This document shows positions 1-9,734 of a stretch of DNA of 64,000 nt, piece after piece. This DNA is from an uncultured Clostridia bacterium (GTDB lineage: Bacteria; Bacillota; Clostridia; TANB77; CAG-508). Position 1 is the stretch's first letter. Each line of letters opens with the position of its first letter. Location of the stretch: NCBI GenBank assembly GCA_944391745.1, contig CALXUS010000002.1, positions 35,027 through 99,026 of the forward strand, written 5' to 3'. The notes under the pieces were generated by a model, which was not told the DNA's origin, did no database searches, and was given only the letters and a program-made list of their open reading frames with translations. Both the position numbers and the translations under genes were made by a program.

Positions 1-2
1 GA

Positions 3-1685
3 AATTTTGGATTTGTAGTTCCAGATGACAATAGTCTTGGTACTGATATATTTATATCTAAAACTAATTTTGGAAAAGCAAAAAACCATCAAAAAGTAGT
101 TGTAAAAATTACTAAATATCCTAGAAAAGGTATGAAAGCAGAAGGAAAAATTATTGAGGTTTTAGGATATGAAGATGAAACTGGTGTTGATATGCTTTCA
201 ATAATTAAAGAATATAATTTGGAAAATGAATTTCCAAAAAATGTTTTAGAAGAGGCAAAACGAGTTAGTAAAAAGGAAATTATTCCAGATGGAAGAGTAG
301 ATTTAAGAAGTAAAGAAATTTTTACTATAGATGGAGAAGATGCTAAAGACTTAGATGATGCAGTTTGTGTAGATAAAAACGAAGATGGAACATATACATT
401 AGGAGTACATATTGCAGATGTAAGTAATTATGTGCAAGATGGTAGTTTGCTTAATAAAGAAGCTATTCGAAGAGGAACCAGTGTGTATATGCTTGATAGA
501 GTTATACCAATGCTTCCAACAGAATTATCTAATGGATGTTGTAGCTTAAATGAGGGAAAAGATAGATATGCAATTTCAGTCATTATGACAATAGACTCAA
601 AGGGAAAAGTAGTAGATAGTAATATTTTTAAAAGTATTATAAATGTTACCAGAAGAATGAATTACAATGATGTATATAAAATAATAGAAAAATCTGATGA
701 AAAAGTACTTGAAAAATATAAAGATTATATTTCACATTTTGATAGAATGAAAGAATTAGCTGAAATTCTAAAAGACAGAAGACTAAGAGATGGATATTTA
801 TCTTTAGATATTCCAGAAACAAAAATTACCTTAGATAAACAAGGAAAGCCAATAAATATTGAACCTTATGAAACTAATTTCGCTAATGAGATAATAGAAC
901 AATTTATGCTAACTGCTAATGAAACAGTTGCAGAAAGATTTTATTGGTTAGAAGCACCTTTTATTTATAGAGTTCATGAAAAACCAGATGAAGATAAAGT
1001 TAAAGAGCTAAATAAATATTTATTTAACTTTGGATATAAAATAAAAGGAAAATTAGATGATGTAAAACCTAAAGCGTTTTCACAAATATTAGAAGAAGTT
1101 AAAGGAAAAGATGAAGAAAGAGTAGTGTCTAATTTATTATTAAGAACTCTTAAAGTAGCAAGGTATGAGGCTGAAAATAAAGGGCACTTTGGAATTTCAA
1201 GTAAATACTATTGTCATTTTACATCACCTATTCGTAGATATCCAGATCTTTTTATACATAGAGTAATATCAAAATATCTTGAGAATGAGGAAACTGGAAT
1301 AGATGAAAAATTAAAAGAAAAGTTAGAAAGACAAGCAATAAAATATGCAGAGTCATCTTCAGAATGTGAACAAAATGCAACAAAAGCAGAAAGAGCAAGT
1401 GAAGATATTAAAATGGCAGAATATATGCAAGATAAAATTGGCGAAGAATATCAAGGTATAATTTCAAGTATAACAAGTTTTGGTATGTTTATTCAATTAG
1501 AAAATACAGTAGAAGGTTTAGTTAGATTAGCTGAAATGAATGATGATTATTACATATATGATGATATTAATAAACAATTAATAGGAAAAGAAACTAAGAA
1601 AATATATAAATTAGGGCAAAAAGTAAATATAGAAGTAATATTTGCAGATAAGCAAACAAGAAGAATAGATTTTAGATTAATTTAA
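3..1685 (+). CDS. rnr: Ribonuclease R (RNB + S1 domains), 5' end lies upstream of the window
   Basis: RNase II/R motifs FTIDGEDAKDLDDA and HFTSPIRRYPDL, plus a C-terminal S1 domain. The frame is open from position 3 (NFGFVVPDD...), so Met132 is internal. Confidence 0.95.
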   Translation, partial: NFGFVVPDDNSLGTDIFISKTNFGKAKNHQKVVVKITKYPRKGMKAEGKIIEVLGYEDETGVDMLSIIKEYNLENEFPKNVLEEAKRVSKKEIIPDGRVDLRSKEIFTIDGEDAKDLDDAVCVDKNEDGTYTLGVHIADVSNYVQDGSLLNKEAIRRGTSVYMLDRVIPMLPTELSNGCCSLNEGKDRYAISVIMTIDSKGKVVDSNIFKSIINVTRRMNYNDVYKIIEKSDEKVLEKYKDYISHFDRMKELAEILKDRRLRDGYLSLDIPETKITLDKQGKPINIEPYETNFANEIIEQFMLTANETVAERFYWLEAPFIYRVHEKPDEDKVKELNKYLFNFGYKIKGKLDDVKPKAFSQILEEVKGKDEERVVSNLLLRTLKVARYEAENKGHFGISSKYYCHFTSPIRRYPDLFIHRVISKYLENEETGIDEKLKEKLERQAIKYAESSSECEQNATKAERASEDIKMAEYMQDKIGEEYQGIISSITSFGMFIQLENTVEGLVRLAEMNDDYYIYDDINKQLIGKETKKIYKLGQKVNIEVIFADKQTRRIDFRLI

Positions 1686-1687
1686 GT

Positions 1688-1721
1688 TATTTTACGTTGG
1701 GGCTAGCTCCAACGTAAAATA
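1688..1721. terminator. Bidirectional intrinsic terminator between convergent rnr and gerKC-like genes
   Basis: Inverted repeat TATTTTACGTTGG-ggctagct-CCAACGTAAAATA between two convergent stop codons. Confidence 0.8.
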
Positions 1722-2954
1722 TTATGTGTCAATAAGCAAATATCTTGAAATAATATCTATATTTATGTCTACATTAAAGAATGAATTTTGATAATTATCT
1801 AACCAGTTATATTCATCCCATTCATTTAAAGTAGAAAAATTAGAAACAGCATATTTACCAAATGCTGTGATATCTGATTTAAAGACTTTAGCAGTCTTAT
1901 ATAAATAATCATAGATAAATCTTTCTATATAATATTTTGTATATTCTTCAATTAGTAAAATATTTTCTTCTGTTAAATCTTTGTAGTCATCAGACATACT
2001 AATTATTCGACAACTTAAATCTATATCTGGTTTAATATAAGGAGTACCATTTGATAGATAAACTTTAGTTTTACATTTACTATCTGTGATATATAAATCG
2101 ATATAATTAGTACTTTCAAATGGGCTAGGAACACTAATTACCGCATTGTCTAGTTCATTTGTTAGAATCAGATGTGCAATACATTCTAATCCATTAAGTT
2201 CACCAACTAATTTATCTCCTTTAAATACGGCTAATCCTAAGTTTTCAATATTCTTTTGAGCATCTATAGGAGTTTCAGAAGCAACATAACTGTCATCAGT
2301 TCCATTGGCAGAAATGCTAGAGTCTCGATTGTCAGATCCGCCATCATTAACACTTCCAAGTGTAGCAAAACATTCTGTAAATGAATCGGCAAAATCCGAA
2401 AAAAAGTCTAGTAAAGTTATATTATAAGTATAGCCAGTTACTTTTTCAGAAGTGGATGCTATTTTATAATATTTAGAAGATAATTGTTCAAGTAATGGGC
2501 TTGAATTATTTAAAAAGTATTTTGCATTACATTTTGAAATTATAACATTACAAGTTGGTCTTATTTCAACATGATTAATTAATGTATATAAATATTCTCC
2601 AATTCCTTGAAAAGCAATCTCTTCAGAAAATACAATAGCTTTACAATGAGAAAGATTTAGTTCTTTACTTAAATATGAATTTACTAAATTTACACCTGAT
2701 TCAAAAGTATTACATTCAACACTTGTTACTATTGAATCTGAAGATTGTGAAGATGTTGAACCAGATGATCCTTCACTTCCAGAAGGAAGCGCTATTTGAA
2801 AGCTTAACTCAAGTTTCCCATTATCTTTTATATCAAAACCTATTGCAACAACGTAAGCTAAATTATCCAAAGAATTAACAGAATTACTTCCTAAAAGAGT
2901 GATTAGGATTAACAATAATATTAGTAAAAAAATTAGTATCTTTTTAGCTTTCAT
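1722..2954 (-). CDS. gerKC: Ger(x)C family spore germination receptor C subunit
   Basis: Hydrophobic N-terminus, LAYVVAIGFD, LSHCKAIVFSEE and GLAVFKGDKLVG motifs. Third gene of a GerA-type A-B-C operon. Confidence 0.85.
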   Translation of the reverse strand: MKAKKILIFLLILLLILITLLGSNSVNSLDNLAYVVAIGFDIKDNGKLELSFQIALPSGSEGSSGSTSSQSSDSIVTSVECNTFESGVNLVNSYLSKELNLSHCKAIVFSEEIAFQGIGEYLYTLINHVEIRPTCNVIISKCNAKYFLNNSSPLLEQLSSKYYKIASTSEKVTGYTYNITLLDFFSDFADSFTECFATLGSVNDGGSDNRDSSISANGTDDSYVASETPIDAQKNIENLGLAVFKGDKLVGELNGLECIAHLILTNELDNAVISVPSPFESTNYIDLYITDSKCKTKVYLSNGTPYIKPDIDLSCRIISMSDDYKDLTEENILLIEEYTKYYIERFIYDYLYKTAKVFKSDITAFGKYAVSNFSTLNEWDEYNWLDNYQNSFFNVDINIDIISRYLLIDT

Positions 2955-2959
2955 ATAAT

Positions 2960-4063
2960 TTAAAATTTCCCTTCAATTAAACTTTTTTTGTTTTTCTTTA
3001 AATATCCCAATAGTAAAATAATAAAACTCATACCAAATACTATAATTAAACAAGCGTATTTATAAATTACATTTTCAACAAAACGTATTTGAGCTATATT
3101 TTGAGGAATTAATGTTACAATAAAAATACCAATACATATTAGGAATGCAGGGATATTTGAAGTTGGAGTTTTAGTATTTTTATTAGTAATTTTTATAGCA
3201 AATGCTAATACAACAGATAAATATGCAAAAAATACGAGTACCCATATTAAAATAAATAATGCATCTACTCTCTGAAAAAATTTCCCAAACTGAATACTTC
3301 TTGTTATCATATAAATTGAAAGAACACCTTCACCGCCTGTGGCAAAAGGAAATATTAAAAGTAGAGCAGTCACACTTAAGAAGAGAATCAATCCTGAGAA
3401 AATAATTGAGGTTAGCCCTATTTTTTTAGATTCTTTAGGTTCCTTATAATTTGACCTTATAAGAAATAATAGTAAAATTTCACCAAAGGCAAATATATTT
3501 GTTATTCCAAGTACAAAAGTATTATTTGTGCCATATCCCAAAACTGGAAAGAATCTTTCTGGTACAAAATGCACTGATAGAGAAAAGAAAATTATTATAA
3601 TTGTTACAATAATAAAAGGTAAAACTATTGCATTAGTTCTACTTACATTTTTAAAACCATATTGATTAGCTATTAAAGCAATTAGTATAAAAACTAAACA
3701 AAGAAGTTCAGTTGGCATATCAGGTAAATAGATGGTTTTTAAAGTATTAGAAAAATTTAAAATTAATATTCCTGCTACAAATATAAAATATAACGTATAA
3801 ATTATAGAAATAATTTTTTTTAGAATACTTCCTCCAACAAATTCTGCAACATCTAAAATATCTTTTCCTTTGAATGGAGAAAATAGTTTATTAAAAAATA
3901 AAAATATTATTGTAGCAAGTATTGTTATATATATAACATTGAGAGGACCAGCAGAAGCGGTTGAGCTTAATATTTCATTAGGCAAATTAAGTAAAATGTG
4001 GCTAATCATAACAATTATAGCAATTGATACTGATTCTACAAAACCTATTTTGCTATTATTCAT
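2960..4063 (-). CDS. gerKB: Spore germination receptor B subunit (APC-like permease)
   Basis: About 10 TM segments, PERFFPVLG and FFQRVDALF motifs, located between the A and C subunits. Confidence 0.85.
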   Translation of the reverse strand: MNNSKIGFVESVSIAIIVMISHILLNLPNEILSSTASAGPLNVIYITILATIIFLFFNKLFSPFKGKDILDVAEFVGGSILKKIISIIYTLYFIFVAGILILNFSNTLKTIYLPDMPTELLCLVFILIALIANQYGFKNVSRTNAIVLPFIIVTIIIIFFSLSVHFVPERFFPVLGYGTNNTFVLGITNIFAFGEILLLFLIRSNYKEPKESKKIGLTSIIFSGLILFLSVTALLLIFPFATGGEGVLSIYMITRSIQFGKFFQRVDALFILIWVLVFFAYLSVVLAFAIKITNKNTKTPTSNIPAFLICIGIFIVTLIPQNIAQIRFVENVIYKYACLIIVFGMSFIILLLGYLKKNKKSLIEGKF

Positions 4064-4066
4064 AAT

Positions 4067-5746
4067 TTACTCCTTTCTCCACTTCATACTGGTATCATTT
4101 TGAACTTTAGTTCTTTTGGTATTTAAAAAATCTGAACGATTTTCTCTTTTCCATACAGGCTTTAATAAATAGCCATTATTTCTAATATTAGATTTTGGCA
4201 TATAAGGTGATAAGTATGGCACACCATAAGAGTTTAAAGAACATAATGTTATTAAATGTATAAATATTCCTATACCAATACCAAGAAATCCACATAGAGC
4301 CCCCAAAAGTGTATAGCCAAATCTAGCAATTCTAAGGTGAAATCCTAATGAAAAATCAGGTATAGTAAAAGATGAAATTGCAGTTATGGCTATAATAATA
4401 ATTAATATAGGGGAAACTATGTTAGCTGAAACTGCAGCTTCACCTAATACTAATGCACCAACAATACCTACTGTTGAACCTAAAGGGGAGGGAACTCTTA
4501 AACCTGCTTCTCGTATTAATTCAAATGAAAGTTCCATCATTATAATTTCTACTACAATTGGGAAAGGTACATTTACACGTGATGCAACAATAGAATAGAG
4601 CAATTCTGTTGGCAGTAATTCACGATGATATATAGTTACTGCTAAATATAGACCCGGCAAAAGTAAAGTTATAAAAAATGCAATTCCTCTTAATACTTTT
4701 AATAAATTAGAAAAGTGATAATTTAAATTAACATCTTCTTGAGATGTAAAAAAATCAAACAAAGTTACCGGCAAAATTAAAGCATAAGGAGAACCATTAT
4801 AAATAATTATTACTCTTCCTTGTAAAAGTGAGGCTACTGCTTTATCAGCTCTTTCAGTGGTAAGAATTTCTGGAAGAGTAGTTTCAGGGTCATCCTTTAT
4901 TAATTGAATTAGTTCACTACTAGAAAGAACATAATCAACATCAATATTGTTTAATCTATATTTAACTTCGGAAACTAAACTGGAGTTTGTAATGTCTTTT
5001 ATATAACAAACTGCACAGTTATTTTTATTTGTTTTACCAATTACAATATTTTCAATTATAAGATTTTCATTATTAATATTTCTTCTAATTAGAGAAGTAT
5101 TTGTTCTTAAGTTTTCAACGAAAGCCTCTTGAGAACCTCTTACACTAGGTTCATTTTTGGGCTCTGAAATCGTTCTTTGAGCAAATTTTTTAATATCTAT
5201 GTCAAAAGCAAAATTAATAGTATCTACAAATAAAGCACAATTTCCTGAATTTATATTTTGCACAATTTCATCGAATGAAGAAATCTTTTTTACACTATTT
5301 TGAGGAAGCAAGCATTCATATATATAATCTGTTATATTAAATCTTTTAACTTTTCTTACACTAATATTATTTGTTATAGCTTCTGAAAAAATTTGAGGTT
5401 CATTAGTTTGATTTGAAAAGTTTTTTATCATAAGAGGATTTAATATAAAATCATTAATTGAAGTAGTATCAACTAAACCATCAATATATATAAGAAAAGA
5501 TTTAAATTGCTTACCTTTTGCATTTAATATAAATTCACGTATTTTAATATCAGAATTTATTAAAGTATTATATCTAGCTTTTATATAATCTAAATTAACT
5601 TCTAAGCTAGGGTAAATACTTTGTTTTTTTAATAGATCTTCAGGTTGACTTTCACTAGTTTTTTCTTTTGAAATAGTAAAATTATAACCTTCTTGATTTT
5701 GTGTAAGAGTATAAAAAAATTCTTTTAATTTTTTAATAATCTTCAT
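4067..5746 (-). CDS. gerKA: Spore germination receptor A subunit (GerA family)
   Basis: EPSVRGSQEAFVENLRTN, ELIREAGLRVPSPLG and GVPYLSP motifs. Confidence 0.92.
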   Translation of the reverse strand: MKIIKKLKEFFYTLTQNQEGYNFTISKEKTSESQPEDLLKKQSIYPSLEVNLDYIKARYNTLINSDIKIREFILNAKGKQFKSFLIYIDGLVDTTSINDFILNPLMIKNFSNQTNEPQIFSEAITNNISVRKVKRFNITDYIYECLLPQNSVKKISSFDEIVQNINSGNCALFVDTINFAFDIDIKKFAQRTISEPKNEPSVRGSQEAFVENLRTNTSLIRRNINNENLIIENIVIGKTNKNNCAVCYIKDITNSSLVSEVKYRLNNIDVDYVLSSSELIQLIKDDPETTLPEILTTERADKAVASLLQGRVIIIYNGSPYALILPVTLFDFFTSQEDVNLNYHFSNLLKVLRGIAFFITLLLPGLYLAVTIYHRELLPTELLYSIVASRVNVPFPIVVEIIMMELSFELIREAGLRVPSPLGSTVGIVGALVLGEAAVSANIVSPILIIIIAITAISSFTIPDFSLGFHLRIARFGYTLLGALCGFLGIGIGIFIHLITLCSLNSYGVPYLSPYMPKSNIRNNGYLLKPVWKRENRSDFLNTKRTKVQNDTSMKWRKE

Positions 5747-5804
5747 AATTCCTCATTTAACCAATTTGTAATATTAACAAATGATTCCTTTTTGATATTT
5801 ATAT

Positions 5805-5833
5805 TAGATTTTCCTTATTTTGAAAAAATATAC
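5805..5833 (-). promoter_or_regulatory. Possible forespore sigma-F/G type promoter for the ger operon
   Basis: Minus strand GTATA-N14-GGAAAATCTA resembles the B. subtilis sigF consensus GYATA-N15-GGnnAnAHTR. Spacing is 1 nt short. Confidence 0.4.
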
Positions 5834-5882
5834 AATAAAATTTTGTCTCATAAAAAAATAATACAAGAATATAATTTTTATT

Positions 5883-7013
5883 ATGATAAAAGTATTTCGT
5901 ATAAAAGATTTAATTAAATATGTTATAAAAATTTTAATTATTTTACTAGCTGTATCTCTAGTAATGCAAGTTTTTAATTCAGAAAATAATACAGATAAAG
6001 TACAAGAAAATGGGCAAGAAGCATTATTTTTTTGCATTGATGATATGATACCACAAATTTCTATAGATAAAAAAGATAAAGAAGATACAAGTGTTATGAA
6101 ATTTGCAATTGAGTCAGAATTAGAAGTTATAGATGCTTTGTCCAAAAATGAAAACAATTCAGGAAATAATGTTTCTAATAATATCACTAATGAGGTAAAA
6201 AACGAAAATATGCAGATAGAAGAATCAAGCAATGATATAGTAGAAGAAACAGGGATAAACAAGGAATTGACAGTAACTGAAGTAGATAATAGTGGAATAA
6301 ATCCTAGATATACAGATGAATATAATGGAGTTTACATTAATAATAGTACAAATTATACTTTAACACAGGAAATGCTTACTCCAGATGTAGAAATAAATAA
6401 GAGTAAAGTCTTAATTTATCACACTCATACTTGTGAAAGTTATACACCTACTGAAAACTATCAGTATGAAGCTAGTGGAAATTTTAGGACAATAGATTTA
6501 AATTATTCTGTCGCAAGAGTTGGAGATGAGCTCCAAAAGTATTTAGAAACTTATGGTTGTAATGTAATACATGATAAAACATATCATGATTATCCAGCAT
6601 ATAATGGTTCATATTCTAGATCACTTATTACTGCGGAAAATATGGTAAATTCTAATCAAGATGCAGATATAGTTATAGACTTACATAGAGATGCAATAGC
6701 AGATGAAACTTATGGACCAAGAGTAAAAATTGGTGATGAATATGTTTCACAATTAATGTTTGTAATGGGAACAGATGGAGCAAATTCTGAACATACAAAT
6801 TGGCTACAAAATTTAAAATTTGCAATAAAAGTTCAACAAAAAGCTAATGAATTATATCCGGGATTATTTAAACCTATAATACTTAGAAATTCTGAATATA
6901 ATCAGCATATTGCGAAAGGAGCGTGTATTATAGAGGTTGGCTCTACAGGAAATACATTAGAAGAAAGTATGGGAGCAATGAAATATTTAGCTAGAATATT
7001 AGAAGAAATGTAA
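5883..7013 (+). CDS. spoIIP: Stage II sporulation protein P (amidase/endopeptidase)
   Basis: IYHTHTCESY, DLHRDA, YNQHI and IIEVGS motifs, plus an N-terminal TM anchor. Confidence 0.92.
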   Translation: MIKVFRIKDLIKYVIKILIILLAVSLVMQVFNSENNTDKVQENGQEALFFCIDDMIPQISIDKKDKEDTSVMKFAIESELEVIDALSKNENNSGNNVSNNITNEVKNENMQIEESSNDIVEETGINKELTVTEVDNSGINPRYTDEYNGVYINNSTNYTLTQEMLTPDVEINKSKVLIYHTHTCESYTPTENYQYEASGNFRTIDLNYSVARVGDELQKYLETYGCNVIHDKTYHDYPAYNGSYSRSLITAENMVNSNQDADIVIDLHRDAIADETYGPRVKIGDEYVSQLMFVMGTDGANSEHTNWLQNLKFAIKVQQKANELYPGLFKPIILRNSEYNQHIAKGACIIEVGSTGNTLEESMGAMKYLARILEEM

Positions 7014-7055
7014 TAATGGAAAAATATAATTTAAGAAATAATTAATAAAAATGAC

Positions 7056-7084
7056 TTGAAAGTAATAAGAAAATATAATAGAAT
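7056..7084 (+). promoter_or_regulatory. SigA-type promoter for pgi
   Basis: TTGAAA-N17-TAGAAT upstream of the AAGGAG RBS. Confidence 0.55.
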
Positions 7085-7125
7085 ATTGAAAAATAATTTA
7101 ATTAGAAAAACTAAGGAGGAGTTTT

Positions 7126-8430
7126 ATGGCAAAAATTAAACTAGATTTTAAAGAGTCAAAATTAGAAAATGAGGAAATTTTACAACACTCTGGAGTAGTG
7201 GAAGAAATTAATCAAGAATTAATAGATAAATCAGCAGATGAAACTGAATTTTTAGGATGGTTAAATCTACCTACAGATTATGACAAAGAAGAATTTGAAA
7301 GAATAAAAAAATGTGCAGAAAAAATAAGAAATGATTCAGATATATTATTAGTAATTGGAATAGGGGGCTCTTATTTAGGAGCAAGAGCAGTTATAGAAGC
7401 TTTGCATAGTTCATTTTCACAAATGACTAACGAAAAGCCTCATGTAATATTTGTAGGTAATAATTTAAGTCCAGATTATATAAATGATGTTATAGATATT
7501 CTTGAAGGAAAAGATTTTAGCATTAATGTGATTTCAAAATCTGGTACAACCACTGAACCAGCAATAGCTTTTAGAATTTTCAGAGAAATACTAGAAGGAA
7601 AATATGGAATCAAAGAAGCAAGAAAAAGAATATATGTTACTACAGATAAGAAAAAAGGAGCTTTAAAACAATTATCAGATGCAGAGGGGTATGAAAGTTT
7701 TGTAATACCAGATGATGTAGGAGGAAGATTTTCTGTATTAACTGCAGTAGGATTATTGCCAATAGCTGCAAGTGGTCTAAATATAGATAAACTAATGGAA
7801 GGAGCAAGATTTGCTCAAGATAAATATTCTGATAACTCATTAGAATATAATCAATGTTATCAATATGCTGTTGCAAGAAATTTATTATATGAGAAAGACA
7901 AATCAATTGAAATGCTAGTTTCATATAATCCAAGACTACATTATTTTATAGAATGGTGGAAGCAATTATTTGGTGAAAGTGAAGGAAAAGATGGAAAAGG
8001 ATTATTTCCTGCAGGAGCTGAATTTACAACAGATTTACATTCTTTAGGACAATATATTCAAGAAGGAAGAAAAATACTATTTGAAACAGTTTTAGATATA
8101 GATAATTCAAATACGGATATTACTATAAATATGGATGAAGACAATTTAGACAATTTAAATTATCTATATGGAAAAAAATTAAGCTATGTAAATAAAATGG
8201 CTATGAAAGGAACAATAAAAGCTCATTCAGAAGGAAATGTACCAAATATAGTAATTCATATAGATAAATTAGATGAAGAAACAATGGGTGAATTAATTTA
8301 TTTCTTTGAAAAGGCTTGTGCAATGTCAGCAGAATTATTAGAAGTAAATCCATTTAATCAACCTGGAGTTGAAAAATATAAAACAAATATGTTTAAACTA
8401 CTAGAAAAACCTGGGTATGAAAATAAATAA
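7126..8430 (+). CDS. pgi: Glucose-6-phosphate isomerase
   Basis: [33 protein letters not shown] and NPFNQPGVE motifs. Confidence 0.97.
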   Translation: MAKIKLDFKESKLENEEILQHSGVVEEINQELIDKSADETEFLGWLNLPTDYDKEEFERIKKCAEKIRNDSDILLVIGIGGSYLGARAVIEALHSSFSQMTNEKPHVIFVGNNLSPDYINDVIDILEGKDFSINVISKSGTTTEPAIAFRIFREILEGKYGIKEARKRIYVTTDKKKGALKQLSDAEGYESFVIPDDVGGRFSVLTAVGLLPIAASGLNIDKLMEGARFAQDKYSDNSLEYNQCYQYAVARNLLYEKDKSIEMLVSYNPRLHYFIEWWKQLFGESEGKDGKGLFPAGAEFTTDLHSLGQYIQEGRKILFETVLDIDNSNTDITINMDEDNLDNLNYLYGKKLSYVNKMAMKGTIKAHSEGNVPNIVIHIDKLDEETMGELIYFFEKACAMSAELLEVNPFNQPGVEKYKTNMFKLLEKPGYENK

Positions 8431-8506
8431 AAATAGATAAGGTTAAGCAAGTTTATAGAAACGGAAAATCTAAATAAAAAGAAGGAGAAAAATTAACAAG
8501 TAGGAA

Positions 8507-9193
8507 ATGGAAGCATTTATATTAGGAATTATTGAAAATTGGGGATATTTGGGAGTAGGGCTTTTAATAGCTATAGAAAATATATTTCCACCAATACCAT
8601 CTGAGGTAATTTTAGCATTTGGTGGATTCATGACAACAATAACAGAGTTAAATACTGTAGGAGTTATAATTTCAGCAACTTTAGGATCTACTATTGGTGC
8701 TATTGTATTATATTTAATAGGTAAAATATTAAATAAAGAAAGACTAGAAAAAATTGTATCAGGAAAAATAGGAAAAGTACTTAGACTTAAGAAATCAGAT
8801 ATAGAAAAAGCAGATAAATGGTTTGATACAAAAGGTCAAAAAACAGTATTTATATGCAGATTTATTCCAATAGTAAGAAGTTTAATTTCAATCCCTGCTG
8901 GTATGAGCGAGATGAAAATATGGAAATTCTTATTATATACAGTTTTAGGTTCAACAATTTGGAATACAGTATTGGTATGCTTGGGTAGAGCCTTAGGAGA
9001 ATCATGGGAAACTGTTGTAAATATATTTGATAAATTTTCAAATGTAATTTTAGTAATATTAATAATTGCATTTGTAGCATTTGTTGTTTGGTGGTTTGGA
9101 TTTAGAAAAAATAAAAAGACCAACAAGAAAACGAAAAGCAAATCTACGAAAAATGCAGAAAATATAGAAAATTTAGAAAATGACGAAAAGTAA
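8507..9193 (+). CDS. DedA family membrane protein
   Basis: ENIFPPIPSEVILAFGG and RFIPIVRSLISIPAG motifs. Confidence 0.9.
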   Translation: MEAFILGIIENWGYLGVGLLIAIENIFPPIPSEVILAFGGFMTTITELNTVGVIISATLGSTIGAIVLYLIGKILNKERLEKIVSGKIGKVLRLKKSDIEKADKWFDTKGQKTVFICRFIPIVRSLISIPAGMSEMKIWKFLLYTVLGSTIWNTVLVCLGRALGESWETVVNIFDKFSNVILVILIIAFVAFVVWWFGFRKNKKTNKKTKSKSTKNAENIENLENDEK

Positions 9194-9230
9194 ATTAAAT
9201 TAAAAAGAAAATACAATTTACAGAAAAAAC

Positions 9231-9260
9231 TTGACTTTTTTACATAAAACGTTGTAAAAT
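9231..9260 (+). promoter_or_regulatory. SigA-type promoter for the ileS T-box leader
   Basis: TTGACT-N18-TAAAAT. Confidence 0.5.
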
Positions 9261-9274
9261 AGTCATATCATATA

Positions 9275-9600
9275 TAAAAACTATATATAAGACACGGTAA
9301 ATAGATAAGCCTTTTAAGAGAGCTAGTGGTGGTGAGATGCTAGTAAGAAACTATTTATTTATTATCACTTATATGTTGCTAAAATGAAAGCAGCCAGTCT
9401 TGGATGTTTTTGGGGACACCTTCCAAAACAGCTAATTAAGAAAAATTCATTAAAGAATATTATGAGATTTGTTATTAGTTTTAGCCGTAAATCTGCGTTA
9501 AAGATATTAAAGAGAAAAGAATAAGAAATAATATAATAAATTCTTTTAAATTAGGTGGTACCGCGGAAAGACTTCGTCCTATATGGATGGAGTCTTTTTT
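9275..9600 (+). promoter_or_regulatory. T-box riboswitch (Ile, specifier ATC) upstream of ileS
   Basis: AGAGA and GGTGAGA stem I motifs, ATC at 9364-9366, T-box AGGTGGTACCGCG at 9553-9565, and terminator AAAGACTTCGTCC...GGATGGAGTCTTTTTT at 9567-9600. Confidence 0.9.
9403..9433 (+). repeat. Single REP-like palindromic unit inside the T-box leader
   Basis: GATGTTTTTGGGGACACCTTCCAAAACAGCT, the same unit as at 9613, 16864, 19905, 28986 and 33962. Confidence 0.85.
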
Positions 9601-9612
9601 AGATTTTTGGGA

Positions 9613-9688
9613 GGTTGTTTTTGGGGACACCTTCCAAAAACAGCCGATAAAAGTAAGATGTTTTCGGAAGGTGTCCCCAAAAACAACC
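9613..9688. repeat. Inverted REP-like doublet in the ileS leader
   Basis: GGTTGTTTTTGGGGACACCTTCCAAAAACA ... TGTTTTCGGAAGGTGTCCCCAAAAACAACC. Confidence 0.9.
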
Positions 9689-9734
9689 CAAAACAGCCCA
9701 GAAAACATCCAAAAAATATTAAGGAGGTAAAATT

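Noticed and set aside
5804-6262. 152-aa antisense ORF over spoIIP and other antisense ORFs (e.g. 17552-18151, 8836-9216)
   Set aside because: They lie wholly or mostly opposite well-supported genes and have low-complexity F/S/I/L composition typical of shadows.
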